From Trichodesmium erythraeum IMS101 (GTDB lineage Bacteria > Cyanobacteriota > Cyanobacteriia > Cyanobacteriales > Microcoleaceae): a stretch of DNA of 32,000 nucleotides. The notes under the pieces are model-generated. The model had not been told where the DNA came from, ran no database searches, and saw nothing but the letters and a program-made list of their open reading frames with translations. The DNA lies in NCBI RefSeq assembly GCF_000014265.1, contig NC_008312.1, forward strand, positions 3,150,001 through 3,182,000. The letters are read 5' to 3'. Below are positions 10,817-20,413 of this stretch, piece after piece. A program made the translations under genes and the position numbers. Every line of letters begins with the position of its first letter. The first letter of the stretch is position 1.

Positions 10817-11356
10817 GCTGCATATAAGTAATACTAATTTTATTAAATTAGTGTATACTATTTATATTGTTTAGATTATATGATTTCATTATTGAGCTTT
10901 TGTGTTTAGCTAGACTTGAATGAATTGGTGGAATTAGGGTATAACAGCATCCATAAAAAAAGAATATATTTGAATAATTTAGTCAACTAAAATAGTCAAC
11001 TTTAGACCATATTAAACTTGCTGAAAGGGTATTTTTTCAAGTTACAACTTACAACTTGTTGCTGAATCGTGGATTATACGGTAGTAAAGGTATCCTTTTT
11101 ACCTATATTTTGTATTATATATATATTGGCTAAAACAGAATTGTTTTAAGGTCAAAAATGATAATAATAGCTCTTACTAATAACTACTATAAATAGTTAA
11201 AATATTTGTAGCAAATATTGATCATGCTTGCTATAAAAAACTGTTAAAAAAATGGTATAAAATTCTTGCCCTATCTAACTTAAAAAATATTCAAATTGAG
11301 GATTACAACTTGGGGAATGTAGGTGAGATCAAGTTCAGTAAAATTATTAGCAGGAG

Positions 11357-11382
11357 TAAGGGATCAAAAAGTTGATCCCTTA
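11357..11382. other. Perfect 11-bp stem / 4-nt loop hairpin inside the ORF-free tract
   Basis: taagggatcaa-aaag-ttgatccctta. It is the strongest local secondary-structure element I can see in 10817-12985. No T-tract follows on either strand. Confidence 0.4.
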
Positions 11383-12985
11383 AACTGATTTACTTTACTC
11401 GCTAGTTATTGGGGTTTGCGTACCATAAAGTTGGAACGATAATGGGGTAGGAGAATATTTAGACTACTTAGGGCTGCGCTTACACCGCAATTTATATGAA
11501 TAAACCATAATAATATAATCAACTAAAGATAGCATTTTCAGTAAAGTGAAGGGCTCGATCGCTTTTTTCATAACTTAATTTGGTTCTTCTTGAGTTCGAG
11601 CTTTACAAGAGCGGAGAAACTCCTTGATTTTTTTTGACTAACATAGTTCAATGGTTGACAATAAGAGTGAGTAAGCAGGGAATAAAATTAAGCAGGCTTC
11701 TACTGATAAAATTAATTCTTTCATTCTAGAACCTTAGTTACTATTCTTTTTCCTACTTTTCCCGGACTATAAAGACGAGTCATTGCTAAATTAAATTCTG
11801 AACCCTTAGACAAAAACTAAATTATTTATATCTACCACATCCAGCTATTTTTATGATTCATAGCGCTTTTATTAAAATTTTCTCTCTCTTTTTATGCTTC
11901 ATAAAAAATTTTTTTCTAATGATATTAAGTATTTTTAAAGTCCGATACATTGTTGTTAAATTCACTTTTACTCTTGTTTTCATTTCTAAATATTCCAATA
12001 ACTCACAAAGCTAAATATCTGGTAATTCAAAAAAAATTATGTTCTTGTAAAAAAAACAAAATTATGATCAATTTGATGGCAAAAATTATATGGTTTTCAG
12101 TAGTTTTATTAGTATAAAATATAGTGATGGCTATCTGATGATATTTGACATATTTAAGAGATTAAACTTCGGCAATTTATAAATTTTTAAGTGAAATATA
12201 TGAACAGATTAAGTTGCCTAATTTAGATAAAAATATGCTATTTAAAATTAGCAAATTTGACTGTAGTTAATGATGTTGATAGAAGTGCCAAAATCTATAC
12301 TGCTTTAGGATAAGTTTATGTAATCTTAGATAGTGATGAGGAAGTAATTTATTGATTAAAACTAGATTTTAATAGTGCTAAAAGTTTGGAATATTTTAAT
12401 GGGGAGATGAGTTGAAATTATCAGTATAACAATTGAAGTAGCAGTTGGTAGAAGAATAGACGTGGGAATAAGGAATAGGGAGATGTCCTAAGGTATTTGC
12501 CTAGCTTGATAATTCTTTACAGATTCAATATTATATTGATTTTGTTACCATCAATACTGAGTTGACTAATAATCATTAAATTTTTCTTGAATTTCCTAGG
12601 AATTCTGTAAATTAGAGTGAATCTATACGTACAATAATATCTATAATAATATACCTATAGGTTGTAGAATTCAAAAACTATAAATCAACTTTGAAACTCT
12701 TACCCACTGACCCAACTCTTATTTCCTATTCCCAAAAGTTGCAAGTTGCAGGATTTTGGACAAGGTAAAAAAGGATTGCCATATAGATTTTTATTGAATA
12801 TTGATAAAGAGTATACAATTAAGTCTGTAGAAGAAGAGATATAACTTTCTATTACACTATTTTTGAGGATAATGAGGTACAGTTTAATATTAATTTTTAT
12901 TCCCTATTTTCTACTCCCATTACTCGTCAAACTTTTTACTATTACAACTATAAAATGTAAATCTTAAATTTACTAATTTTTTTCT

Positions 12986-15187
12986 ATGAGCTATTGCTTT
13001 AACCTAAATTGCCAAAAGCCTCAGAATCCCAACGATGTCAAATTTTGCCAAAATTGTGGTTCAAAGTTGTTACTGCGAGGACATTATCAAGGAATAAAAC
13101 CTATTGGCAATGGCAGCTTTGGTAGAACTTTATTGGCAGTAGATTTAGATAGATTTAATACTCCTTGTGTTGTTAAACAATTGGCTCCAAAAAATAATAA
13201 TTTACTTTCTAATAATAAAGTATTAGAGTTGTTTAAAAGAGAGGCAAAACAATTACTAAAATTAGGTAAGCATCCCCAAATTCCTACTTTTTATGCTTAT
13301 TTTGAAGAAGATGAAAACCTTTACTTGGTAGAAGAATTAATTACTGGAAAAAATCTATTACAAGAATTGGAATCAGAGGGTGCGTTTAGTGAGAAAAAAA
13401 TATGGAAAATTTTATATGAAATATTGCCTTTACTAAAATTTATTCACGAAAATAAAGTAATACATAGAGATATAAAACCAGAAAATATATTACGAGTTGA
13501 TGGGGTAAATTCACTAAAAGTAGGAGAAAACCAAAAAGATCAATTAGTGTTAATAGATTTTGGTGTTTCTAAGTTCAGTAGTGAGGTTGATTATGATAAA
13601 ATAGGTACTATTACTGGTACATTAGGATACTCGCCAATAGAACAAATAAGGGGTGGCAAAGCATATCCAGCTAGCGACCTTTATAGTTTAGGTATGACTT
13701 GTATTCATTTACTGACTGAAGTACCACCAAATCAACTTTTTGATTCGTTTAGTGGAGAATTAATCTGGCGATCGCATCTAATTAAAAAAGGGAAAAATAT
13801 TAGCGATCGTCTCGGAAAAATATTAGATAAGTTAGTCAAAGATTTAGTCAAAGAAAGGTATCAATCAGCTACAGAGGTACTGATAGAAATTGCTATAGTT
13901 TCTACTCAAAATGATAACCAAATACCTCAAATTAACCAATTAAATTTATCAGAAAAAAAATATTTAGAAAAATCACAAAAATTTCAAAAAAATCCGCAGA
14001 AGGAGTCTCCTGTTGATGTGATTTTACAGGTAGAAATTAATAGCTGTAAAAATCAAAAAAAATTATCAGAATTAGGAGATTATAGGCTAAAAGAAAGATA
14101 TAGTAATAATGGGGATAGTTACCAAGAAATTACAGAAAAACTATCATATAATCACTATCTTCAGTATAACTCTAAATTACTAGATAATGTGATAGAATTT
14201 GAACATAAAAAAGCTAACTTTGTTCCGAAAAAAACAAAAATTAGAAACTATGTAGAACTCTCTCAGCTATGGAAAACTGTACAAATTATTAAAGATAATA
14301 CTGCTCCTATAAATACCATAGCTATAGATACCCAAGATTTGATTTTAGTAAGTGGCAGTGATGACAAAAAAATTAGGTTATGGAATCTGCAAACAGGACA
14401 ACTTTTGCATAAGTTTTTAGGTCATACTGCTGAAGTTTATGCAATAGCTATTAGTGTTGATGGCAGAAGAATTATTAGCGCTGGAGATGATAGAACAATA
14501 TTAGTTTGGAATCTACAGAAAAAAACAATTGCAGATAGATTTTATAGCTATTCTGGTTCTCCTTATAGTCATCGCTATGGTGCTATTTTTTCAGTGGCTA
14601 TTAGTCCGAATTGTGAAACTATAGCGAGTGGAAGTGCTGACCAAACAGTTAAAATTTGGAATCAACGTAATGGAGAATTACTATATAAATTACATGAACA
14701 TTTAGACAGGGTGTTTTGTGTAACTTATAGCAAAGTCAACAATATTTGTACAGAAAAAAATTCTAATGACATTTTGGCTAGTTGTAGTGCTGATGGTGCT
14801 ATCAAGATTTGGCAGGTAGGTTGTTGTCAAAGTCTGAGAACATTAAGGGGGCATTCTGGGGATGTTTATTCAGTTGCTTTTAGTTCTGATGGTAAGGCGA
14901 TCGCTAGTGGTGGTGAGGATAAAACGATTAGATTATGGGATGTTGGTACGGGTGAGTTAGTAAATATTTTTGAGGGTCATTCTCGAGCAGTTTTGTCTGT
15001 TGCTATTAGTCCAGATGATCAAATTCTTGCTAGTGGGAGTATTGATGGTACGGTTAAGTTATGGAATTTGCGGACTGGGAAGTTATTGGATAGTCTTTGT
15101 GGTTATCATCCGGTGCAGTTTAGTCCGAATGGTAAAATTTTGGTTAGTGGGGGGGAAGAAGGTCGAATATTAATTTGGAGATTCTAG
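12986..15187 (+). CDS. Ser/Thr protein kinase with N-terminal zinc ribbon and C-terminal WD40 beta-propeller
   Basis: 733 aa. CFNLNCQKP...FCQNCGS zinc ribbon. Hanks kinase motifs GNGSFGRT, VVKQL, HRDIKPENIL, IDFGVSK, GTLGYSPIEQ. A low-complexity K/N/Q-rich linker of about 120 aa. About 7 WD40 repeats (GHTAEVYAIAISVDG...WNL, GHSGDVYSVAFSSDG...LWDV, GHSRAVLSVAISPDD...LWNL). Confidence 0.9.
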   Translation: MSYCFNLNCQKPQNPNDVKFCQNCGSKLLLRGHYQGIKPIGNGSFGRTLLAVDLDRFNTPCVVKQLAPKNNNLLSNNKVLELFKREAKQLLKLGKHPQIPTFYAYFEEDENLYLVEELITGKNLLQELESEGAFSEKKIWKILYEILPLLKFIHENKVIHRDIKPENILRVDGVNSLKVGENQKDQLVLIDFGVSKFSSEVDYDKIGTITGTLGYSPIEQIRGGKAYPASDLYSLGMTCIHLLTEVPPNQLFDSFSGELIWRSHLIKKGKNISDRLGKILDKLVKDLVKERYQSATEVLIEIAIVSTQNDNQIPQINQLNLSEKKYLEKSQKFQKNPQKESPVDVILQVEINSCKNQKKLSELGDYRLKERYSNNGDSYQEITEKLSYNHYLQYNSKLLDNVIEFEHKKANFVPKKTKIRNYVELSQLWKTVQIIKDNTAPINTIAIDTQDLILVSGSDDKKIRLWNLQTGQLLHKFLGHTAEVYAIAISVDGRRIISAGDDRTILVWNLQKKTIADRFYSYSGSPYSHRYGAIFSVAISPNCETIASGSADQTVKIWNQRNGELLYKLHEHLDRVFCVTYSKVNNICTEKNSNDILASCSADGAIKIWQVGCCQSLRTLRGHSGDVYSVAFSSDGKAIASGGEDKTIRLWDVGTGELVNIFEGHSRAVLSVAISPDDQILASGSIDGTVKLWNLRTGKLLDSLCGYHPVQFSPNGKILVSGGEEGRILIWRF

Positions 15188-15417
15188 TCCGTTGACATTC
15201 TCCCCAGTTTACAGGTGCGGGGATCTATGGCTTTATTGACAAAATCATTATGGTTGAAAGACTCTCAAGTTACTGTCGCTTATTTGGGGCTCAGAAGGCG
15301 ATCGCAAAGGTACTTACTATTTTTAAAAGTTATAGGTTCAAACTCACTTAGAAGCAAGCTGCTCAAAACTCTTGTAGGATAGAGGTGTAATGGCTTAAGA
15401 GGAGTGTTGAAATTAGT

Positions 15418-15460
15418 GAAGGTGTTGCTTAGATACACTAAACAACACCTCCTTTTTTTA
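15418..15460 (+). terminator. Candidate intrinsic terminator in the convergent kinase/RTX spacer
   Basis: aggtgttg (15420-15427) pairs with caacacct (15443-15450), followed by cc and a T7 run. Confidence 0.55.
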
Positions 15461-15640
15461 ATTGATTTTTATATCAATTTTTGATGATAGCCATAAGTAA
15501 CATTGCATATTGCTCATATCACAGACAAGTGTTGCATAAATGGGGGATGATTTTAAGACTTTTATCAAATAAGCATCTTGTCTGTTCGTTATATTTTTGG
15601 GCTTGTAGAACGCCTGCCCCAATTATATTCATCCCTAAAT

Positions 15641-18600
15641 TCAGCAACACCCACAGTCACCCAGATGCGTAGAGTTCGACATAGGCGTTGCTATTTGTTC
15701 AGCATTAATCTCACTGATCGGGATGGAGTGAAGAACCCCAAAGGTAACTCCAGCGCGGACAGTTAAGTCCGACTGTTCAACTAGATCACCATAAACAGTA
15801 ATTGTTCCTAGTTCATCTTGGTCGTGGGCTCCACCATTACCACCTTGATTACTAATTAAGTGAATAATAGATCCATTTCCATCGTCAAGATTTTCAATCT
15901 CCCTGACTTGTACAGTATGACCTAAAATCTGAATTTTATCCCCTTCACTTTTATTAAAGTCAAGGATGACATCATTACCAATAGCATCAACCCAGTGATC
16001 ATGGGGGTTATCATTTTCGCCAGCGACTCCTTGCCAGTTGATTTTACCAGTTACAGGATCGGCGTGTTTTTGAATAATATTGTCTTTGGCATTAATTAAC
16101 AGTTTAAACTCAAAAGTATCAGCCCCTGTTCCTCCAGTTAAAGTATCATGAGCTTCAAGAAAGGGTTGCTCGGAATAAACCTTAGGTTGATCTGTATCTT
16201 GGGCAATATCTGGTTCTCCTGCATCACTATAACTAATGATGAGGTCATCACCTGCATCTCCTTTGATCTCATCACTCCCATGACAACCAAAAATTGTATC
16301 ATCACCTTCACCACCAGAGAGGGTATCATTTCCTCCTTCTCCTTTCAGCAGATCGTTTCCTTCTCCACCTGAAATTAGGTCATTACCTTCAGCAGCAAAA
16401 AGTTGATCATCACCTGCTTCTCCTGTGAGCTCATCATCCCCATCACCACCAAAAAGTTTATCATCACCACCTCCAGCAGTGAGAGTATCATTTCCTTCAT
16501 CTCCTCGGAGTAAATCGTTTCCTTCTGCACTTGAGACTAGGTCATTACCTTTACCAGCAAAAAGTTGATTATTACCGGTTTCTCCTTTGATTTCGTCATT
16601 ACCTTCACCACCAGCAATGATGTCATCACCCTCTCCACCAGTGAGGGTATCGTTTCCTCCATCTCCTCGGAGTAAATCGTTTCCTTCTGCACCTAAGACT
16701 ATGTCATCTCCATCACCACCAAAAAGTTGATCATCACCTGCTTCTCCTTTGATATCGTCGTTGTCCGCACCACCGTCAATAGTATCATCACCTTCTCCAG
16801 CGGTGAGGGTATCAGCTCCTCCATCTCCTCGGAGTAAATCGTTTCCTTCTGCACTTGAGACTAGGTCATTGCCTTCACCAGCAAAAAGTTTATTATTACC
16901 GGTTTCTCCTTTGATTTCGTCGTCTCCATCACCACCAGCAATGATATCATCACCCTCTCCACCAGAGAGGGTATCGTTTCCTCCATCTCCTCGGAGTAAA
17001 TCGTTTCCTTCTGCACCTAAGACTGTGTCATCTCCATCACCACCGAAAAGTTTATCATCACCTGCTTCTCCTTTGATATCGTCGTTATCCGCACCACCGT
17101 CAATGGTATCATCACCTTCTCCAGCGGTGAGGGTATCAGCTCCTCCATCTCCTCGGAGTAAATCGTTTCCTTCTGCACTTGAGACTAGGTCATTACCTTC
17201 ACCAGCAAAAAGTTGATTATTACCGGTTTCTCCTTTGATTTCGTCATTACCTTCACCACCAGCAATGATATCATCACCCTCTCCACCAGAGAGGGTATCG
17301 TTTCCTCCATCTCCTCGGAGTAAATCGTTTCCTTCTCCACCCGAAACTAAGTCATTACCTTTACCACCGAAAAGTTTATCATCATCGGCTTCTCCTTTGA
17401 TGTCATCATCCCCATCACCACCAGCAATGATGTCATTACCCTCTCCACCTGTGAGGGTATCAGTTCCTCCATCTCCTTTCAGTAGATCGTTTCCTTCTGC
17501 ACCAGAGACTAGGTCATCTCCATCACCACCGAAAAGTTTATCATCACCTGCTTCTCCTTTGATATCGTCGTTATCCGCACCACCGTTAATGATGTCATCA
17601 CCCTCTCCACCTGTGAGGGTATCAGTTCCTCCATCTCCTGTCAGTAGATCGTTTCCTTCTCCACCCGAGACTAGGTCATCTCCATCACCAGCAAAAAGTT
17701 TATCATTATCGGCTTCTCCTTTGATGTCATCATCCCCATCACCACCAGCAATGATGTCATCACCCTCTCCACCTGTGAGGGTATCAGTTCCTCCATCTCC
17801 TTTCAGTAGATCGTTTCCTTCTGCACCAGAGACTAGGTCATCTCCATCACCACCGAAAAGTTTATCATCACCTGCTTCTCCTTTGATATCGTCGTTATCC
17901 GCACCACCGTTAATGATGTCATCACCCTCTCCACCTGTGAGGGTATCAGTTCCTCCATCTCCTGTCAGTAGATCGTTTCCTTCTCCACCCGAGACTAGGT
18001 CATCTCCATCACCAGCAAAAAGTTTATCATTATCGGCTTCTCCTTTGATGTCATCATCCCCATCACCACCAGCAATGATGTCATCACCCTCTCCACCTGT
18101 GAGGGTATCAGTTCCTCCATCTCCTTTCAGTAGATCGTTTCCTTCTGCACCAGAGACTAGGTCATCTCCATCACCACCGAAAAGTTTATCATCACCTGCT
18201 TCTCCTTTGATATCGTCGTTATCCGCACCACCGTTAATGATGTCATCACCCTCTCCACCTGTGAGGGTATCAGTTCCTCCATCTCCTGTCAGTAGATCGT
18301 TTCCTTCTCCACCCGAGACTAGGTCATCTCCATCACCAGCAAAAAGTTTATCATTATCGGCTTCTCCTTTGATGTCGTCATCTCCATCACCACCAGCAAT
18401 GATGTCATCACCCTCTCCACCTGTGAGGGTATCAGTTCCTCCATCTCCTTTCAGTAGATCGTTTCCTTCTCCACCAGAGACTAGGTCATCTCCATCACCA
18501 GCAAAAAGTTTATCATTATCGGCTTCTCCTTTGATTTCGTCATCTCCATCACCACCAGCAATGATGTCATCACCCTCTCCACCTGTGAGGGTATCAGTTC

Positions 18601-19732
18601 CTCCATCTCCTTTCAGTAGATCGTTTCCTTCTGCACCAGAGACTAGGTCATCTCCATCACCACCGAAAAGTTTATCATCACCTGCTTCTCCTTTGATATC
18701 GTCGTTATCCGCACCACCGTTAATGATGTCATCACCCTCTCCACCTGTGAGGGTATCAGTTCCTCCATCTCCTCGGAGCAAGTCATTTCCTTCTTTACCC
18801 GAGACTAAGTCATTACCTTTACCACCAAAAAGTTTATCATCACCTGCTTCTCCTTTGATGTCGTCATCTCCATCACCACCATCAATGATATCATCACCTT
18901 CTCCACCAGAGAGGGTATCATGTCCTCCATCTCCTCGGAGGAAGTCTTTTCCTTCTCCGCCTAGGACTAGGTCATCTCCACCACCACCGAAAAGTTTATC
19001 ATCGCCGGCTTTTCCTTTGATCTCTTCATTAACTTCAACACCAAGCAGTCTATCATTACCTTCAGTTCCAGAAATAATGAGGCGCTCATTCTCTCCTTCT
19101 CCTTTCTGGGTATCGCTTTCTTCTGTAGCCGGGGCTGGGTCATTACCGTCAGCGCTCATTTCTTCTTTGCTATCGTCGTCCCCTTCATCACTGTTAACTG
19201 TCTCATCAGCATCTTCACCAGAGCCGGTATTGTTTCCTTCTTCTCCTTCTTCGGTGTTGCTTTCTTCTACAGCGGGGGCTGGTTCATTGCCTTCAGCACT
19301 CGTTTCTTCTTTGCTATCGTCGTCCCCTTCATCACTGTCGACTGTCTCATCAGCATCTTCACCAGCACCAGAGTCGGTATCGTTTCCTTCTTCTCCTTCC
19401 TGAGTGTCACTTTCTTCAGCAGCGAGGGTTGGGTCATTGCCTTCAGCACTCGTTTCTTCTTCGCTGTCGTCATCTCCTTCATCACTGTCGACTGTCTCAT
19501 CAGCATCTTCACCAGAGTCGGTATTGTTTCCTTCTTCTCCTTCCTGAGTGTCGCTTTCTTCTACAGCGGGGGCTGGTTCATTGCCTTCAGCACTCGTTTC
19601 TTCTTTGCTATCGTCGTCCCCTTCATCACTGTCGACTGTCTTATCAGTATCTATACTTAGGTCTTTAGGTTCTAGGTCATTACCTTCTTCACCATGAGCA
19701 CTACTTTCTGTATCAGAAATAAACTTAGCCAT
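15641..19732 (-). CDS. Giant RTX-type (hemolysin-type calcium-binding repeat) protein with acidic N-terminal repeats; likely T1SS substrate
   Basis: 1363 aa. Residues 1 to about 221 are D/E-rich repeats. About 915 aa of GGxGxDxLx nonapeptides follow, organised as 54-aa super-repeats. The 197-aa C-terminal domain carries DTLTGGTGADTFEF...GNDVILDFNKSEGDKIQI, resembling T1SS C-terminal target domains. An SD-like aaggag lies 9 nt upstream of the ATG. No N-terminal signal peptide. Confidence 0.9.
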   Translation of the reverse strand: MAKFISDTESSAHGEEGNDLEPKDLSIDTDKTVDSDEGDDDSKEETSAEGNEPAPAVEESDTQEGEEGNNTDSGEDADETVDSDEGDDDSEEETSAEGNDPTLAAEESDTQEGEEGNDTDSGAGEDADETVDSDEGDDDSKEETSAEGNEPAPAVEESNTEEGEEGNNTGSGEDADETVNSDEGDDDSKEEMSADGNDPAPATEESDTQKGEGENERLIISGTEGNDRLLGVEVNEEIKGKAGDDKLFGGGGDDLVLGGEGKDFLRGDGGHDTLSGGEGDDIIDGGDGDDDIKGEAGDDKLFGGKGNDLVSGKEGNDLLRGDGGTDTLTGGEGDDIINGGADNDDIKGEAGDDKLFGGDGDDLVSGAEGNDLLKGDGGTDTLTGGEGDDIIAGGDGDDEIKGEADNDKLFAGDGDDLVSGGEGNDLLKGDGGTDTLTGGEGDDIIAGGDGDDDIKGEADNDKLFAGDGDDLVSGGEGNDLLTGDGGTDTLTGGEGDDIINGGADNDDIKGEAGDDKLFGGDGDDLVSGAEGNDLLKGDGGTDTLTGGEGDDIIAGGDGDDDIKGEADNDKLFAGDGDDLVSGGEGNDLLTGDGGTDTLTGGEGDDIINGGADNDDIKGEAGDDKLFGGDGDDLVSGAEGNDLLKGDGGTDTLTGGEGDDIIAGGDGDDDIKGEADNDKLFAGDGDDLVSGGEGNDLLTGDGGTDTLTGGEGDDIINGGADNDDIKGEAGDDKLFGGDGDDLVSGAEGNDLLKGDGGTDTLTGGEGNDIIAGGDGDDDIKGEADDDKLFGGKGNDLVSGGEGNDLLRGDGGNDTLSGGEGDDIIAGGEGNDEIKGETGNNQLFAGEGNDLVSSAEGNDLLRGDGGADTLTAGEGDDTIDGGADNDDIKGEAGDDKLFGGDGDDTVLGAEGNDLLRGDGGNDTLSGGEGDDIIAGGDGDDEIKGETGNNKLFAGEGNDLVSSAEGNDLLRGDGGADTLTAGEGDDTIDGGADNDDIKGEAGDDQLFGGDGDDIVLGAEGNDLLRGDGGNDTLTGGEGDDIIAGGEGNDEIKGETGNNQLFAGKGNDLVSSAEGNDLLRGDEGNDTLTAGGGDDKLFGGDGDDELTGEAGDDQLFAAEGNDLISGGEGNDLLKGEGGNDTLSGGEGDDTIFGCHGSDEIKGDAGDDLIISYSDAGEPDIAQDTDQPKVYSEQPFLEAHDTLTGGTGADTFEFKLLINAKDNIIQKHADPVTGKINWQGVAGENDNPHDHWVDAIGNDVILDFNKSEGDKIQILGHTVQVREIENLDDGNGSIIHLISNQGGNGGAHDQDELGTITVYGDLVEQSDLTVRAGVTFGVLHSIPISEINAEQIATPMSNSTHLGDCGCC
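16235..19070 (-). repeat. Coding array of 162-bp (54-aa, six nonapeptides) RTX super-repeats
   Basis: The protein periodicity GEAGDDKLFGG.G.DLVSG.EGNDLL.GDGG.DTLTGGEGDDII.GG...D.IK repeats about 17 times. Confidence 0.9.
17400..18760 (-). repeat. Near-identical 324-bp tandem repeats (about 4 copies) inside the RTX gene
   Basis: The landmark ctgcaccagagactaggtcatctcc recurs at 17497, 17821 and 18145 (period 324). By eye, 17521-17844 and 17845-18168 are identical. The next copy differs at 2 positions (gatgtcgtcatctcc versus gatgtcatcatcccc). Confidence 0.85.
19100..19660 (-). repeat. Four tandem 144-150-bp repeats encoding the acidic N-terminal module
   Basis: The unit is about EETSAEGNEPAPAVEESDTQEGEEGNNTDSGEDADETVDSDEGDDDSK. 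The DNA landmark g(g/t)tcatt(g/a)cc recurs at about 19137, 19281, 19431 and 19575. Confidence 0.8.
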
Positions 19733-20413
19733 TTTAGAAACTCCTTAAAATTTTCTTACTATTTTAGATAAAATATCTTTATGTTTTATCATTAAATATC
19801 ATAGCATTATAATCAGCGATAAGCAATAGAGAAATTACTTAATTTTAGCTAAATATATAGTAGCAACAAAACTCAGTAATGACTCCCTTCCTAGCATAAA
19901 ATTATAATCAGTAAATTATTGCAGGATATAGCTTAGAAGTATATTTGCTTAGGTAATCTTCTAGGGTGAAGGGACAAAAAAAAAGGCCCAAAATAAAAAA
20001 AATCCCAAAAATGTTTCTAGAAAAGTTAACTGAACATACCTGGGGGGTAAAAAAAGGGTAGCCAACAAAAAGTCTGATGACTAAAACATCACCAAAAAAG
20101 ATGAATCTAGCTGTTGTCAATAAGACTTATTTAATGATTATGAATAAGTTACTTTCATTGTACTATAACAATATGTGCATTGATTGTTGCAAAATTCTAT
20201 ACTGAAAAAGTTGGGTAAAATCGAATATTTGATCATAGCAAAAAACTTAAATGGCTGTTTAAATAATCGCATATCTAATTAATAAAGGTAAAAATATTAG
20301 ACATCTCTAAAATCAAAATCAAGGTATGGTTTTAATGAAAATTTTGTCAAAACTATATACTAATGAATCAGATATTAGAATATATTAATAACCACCTAAA
20401 ATAAATAAAAAAA

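Noticed and set aside
15195-15230. Hairpin tcccc-agtttacaggtgc-gggga directly after the kinase stop, as a possible terminator
   Set aside because: It has only a 5-bp stem with a 13-nt loop and no T-tract. The hairpin at 15418-15460 is the better terminator candidate.
15325-15350. tRNA-like T-loop string ggttcaaactc
   Set aside because: There is no matching acceptor stem, D-arm or anticodon arm in the flanking 80 nt.
16235-19070. CRISPR-like regular repeats
   Set aside because: The repeats are contiguous, with no unique spacers, and lie in frame within a long ORF encoding GGxGxD nonapeptides. No cas genes are present.
16749-19403. Long plus-strand ORFs (155 aa and 722 aa, Ser/Pro-rich, highly repetitive) antisense to the RTX gene
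   Set aside because: They are an artefact of the repeat composition. The antisense of GGN-GAY-rich codons is stop-free and reads as S/P-rich. Their periodicity mirrors the RTX repeats exactly, and the minus-strand product has clear family motifs and an SD sequence.
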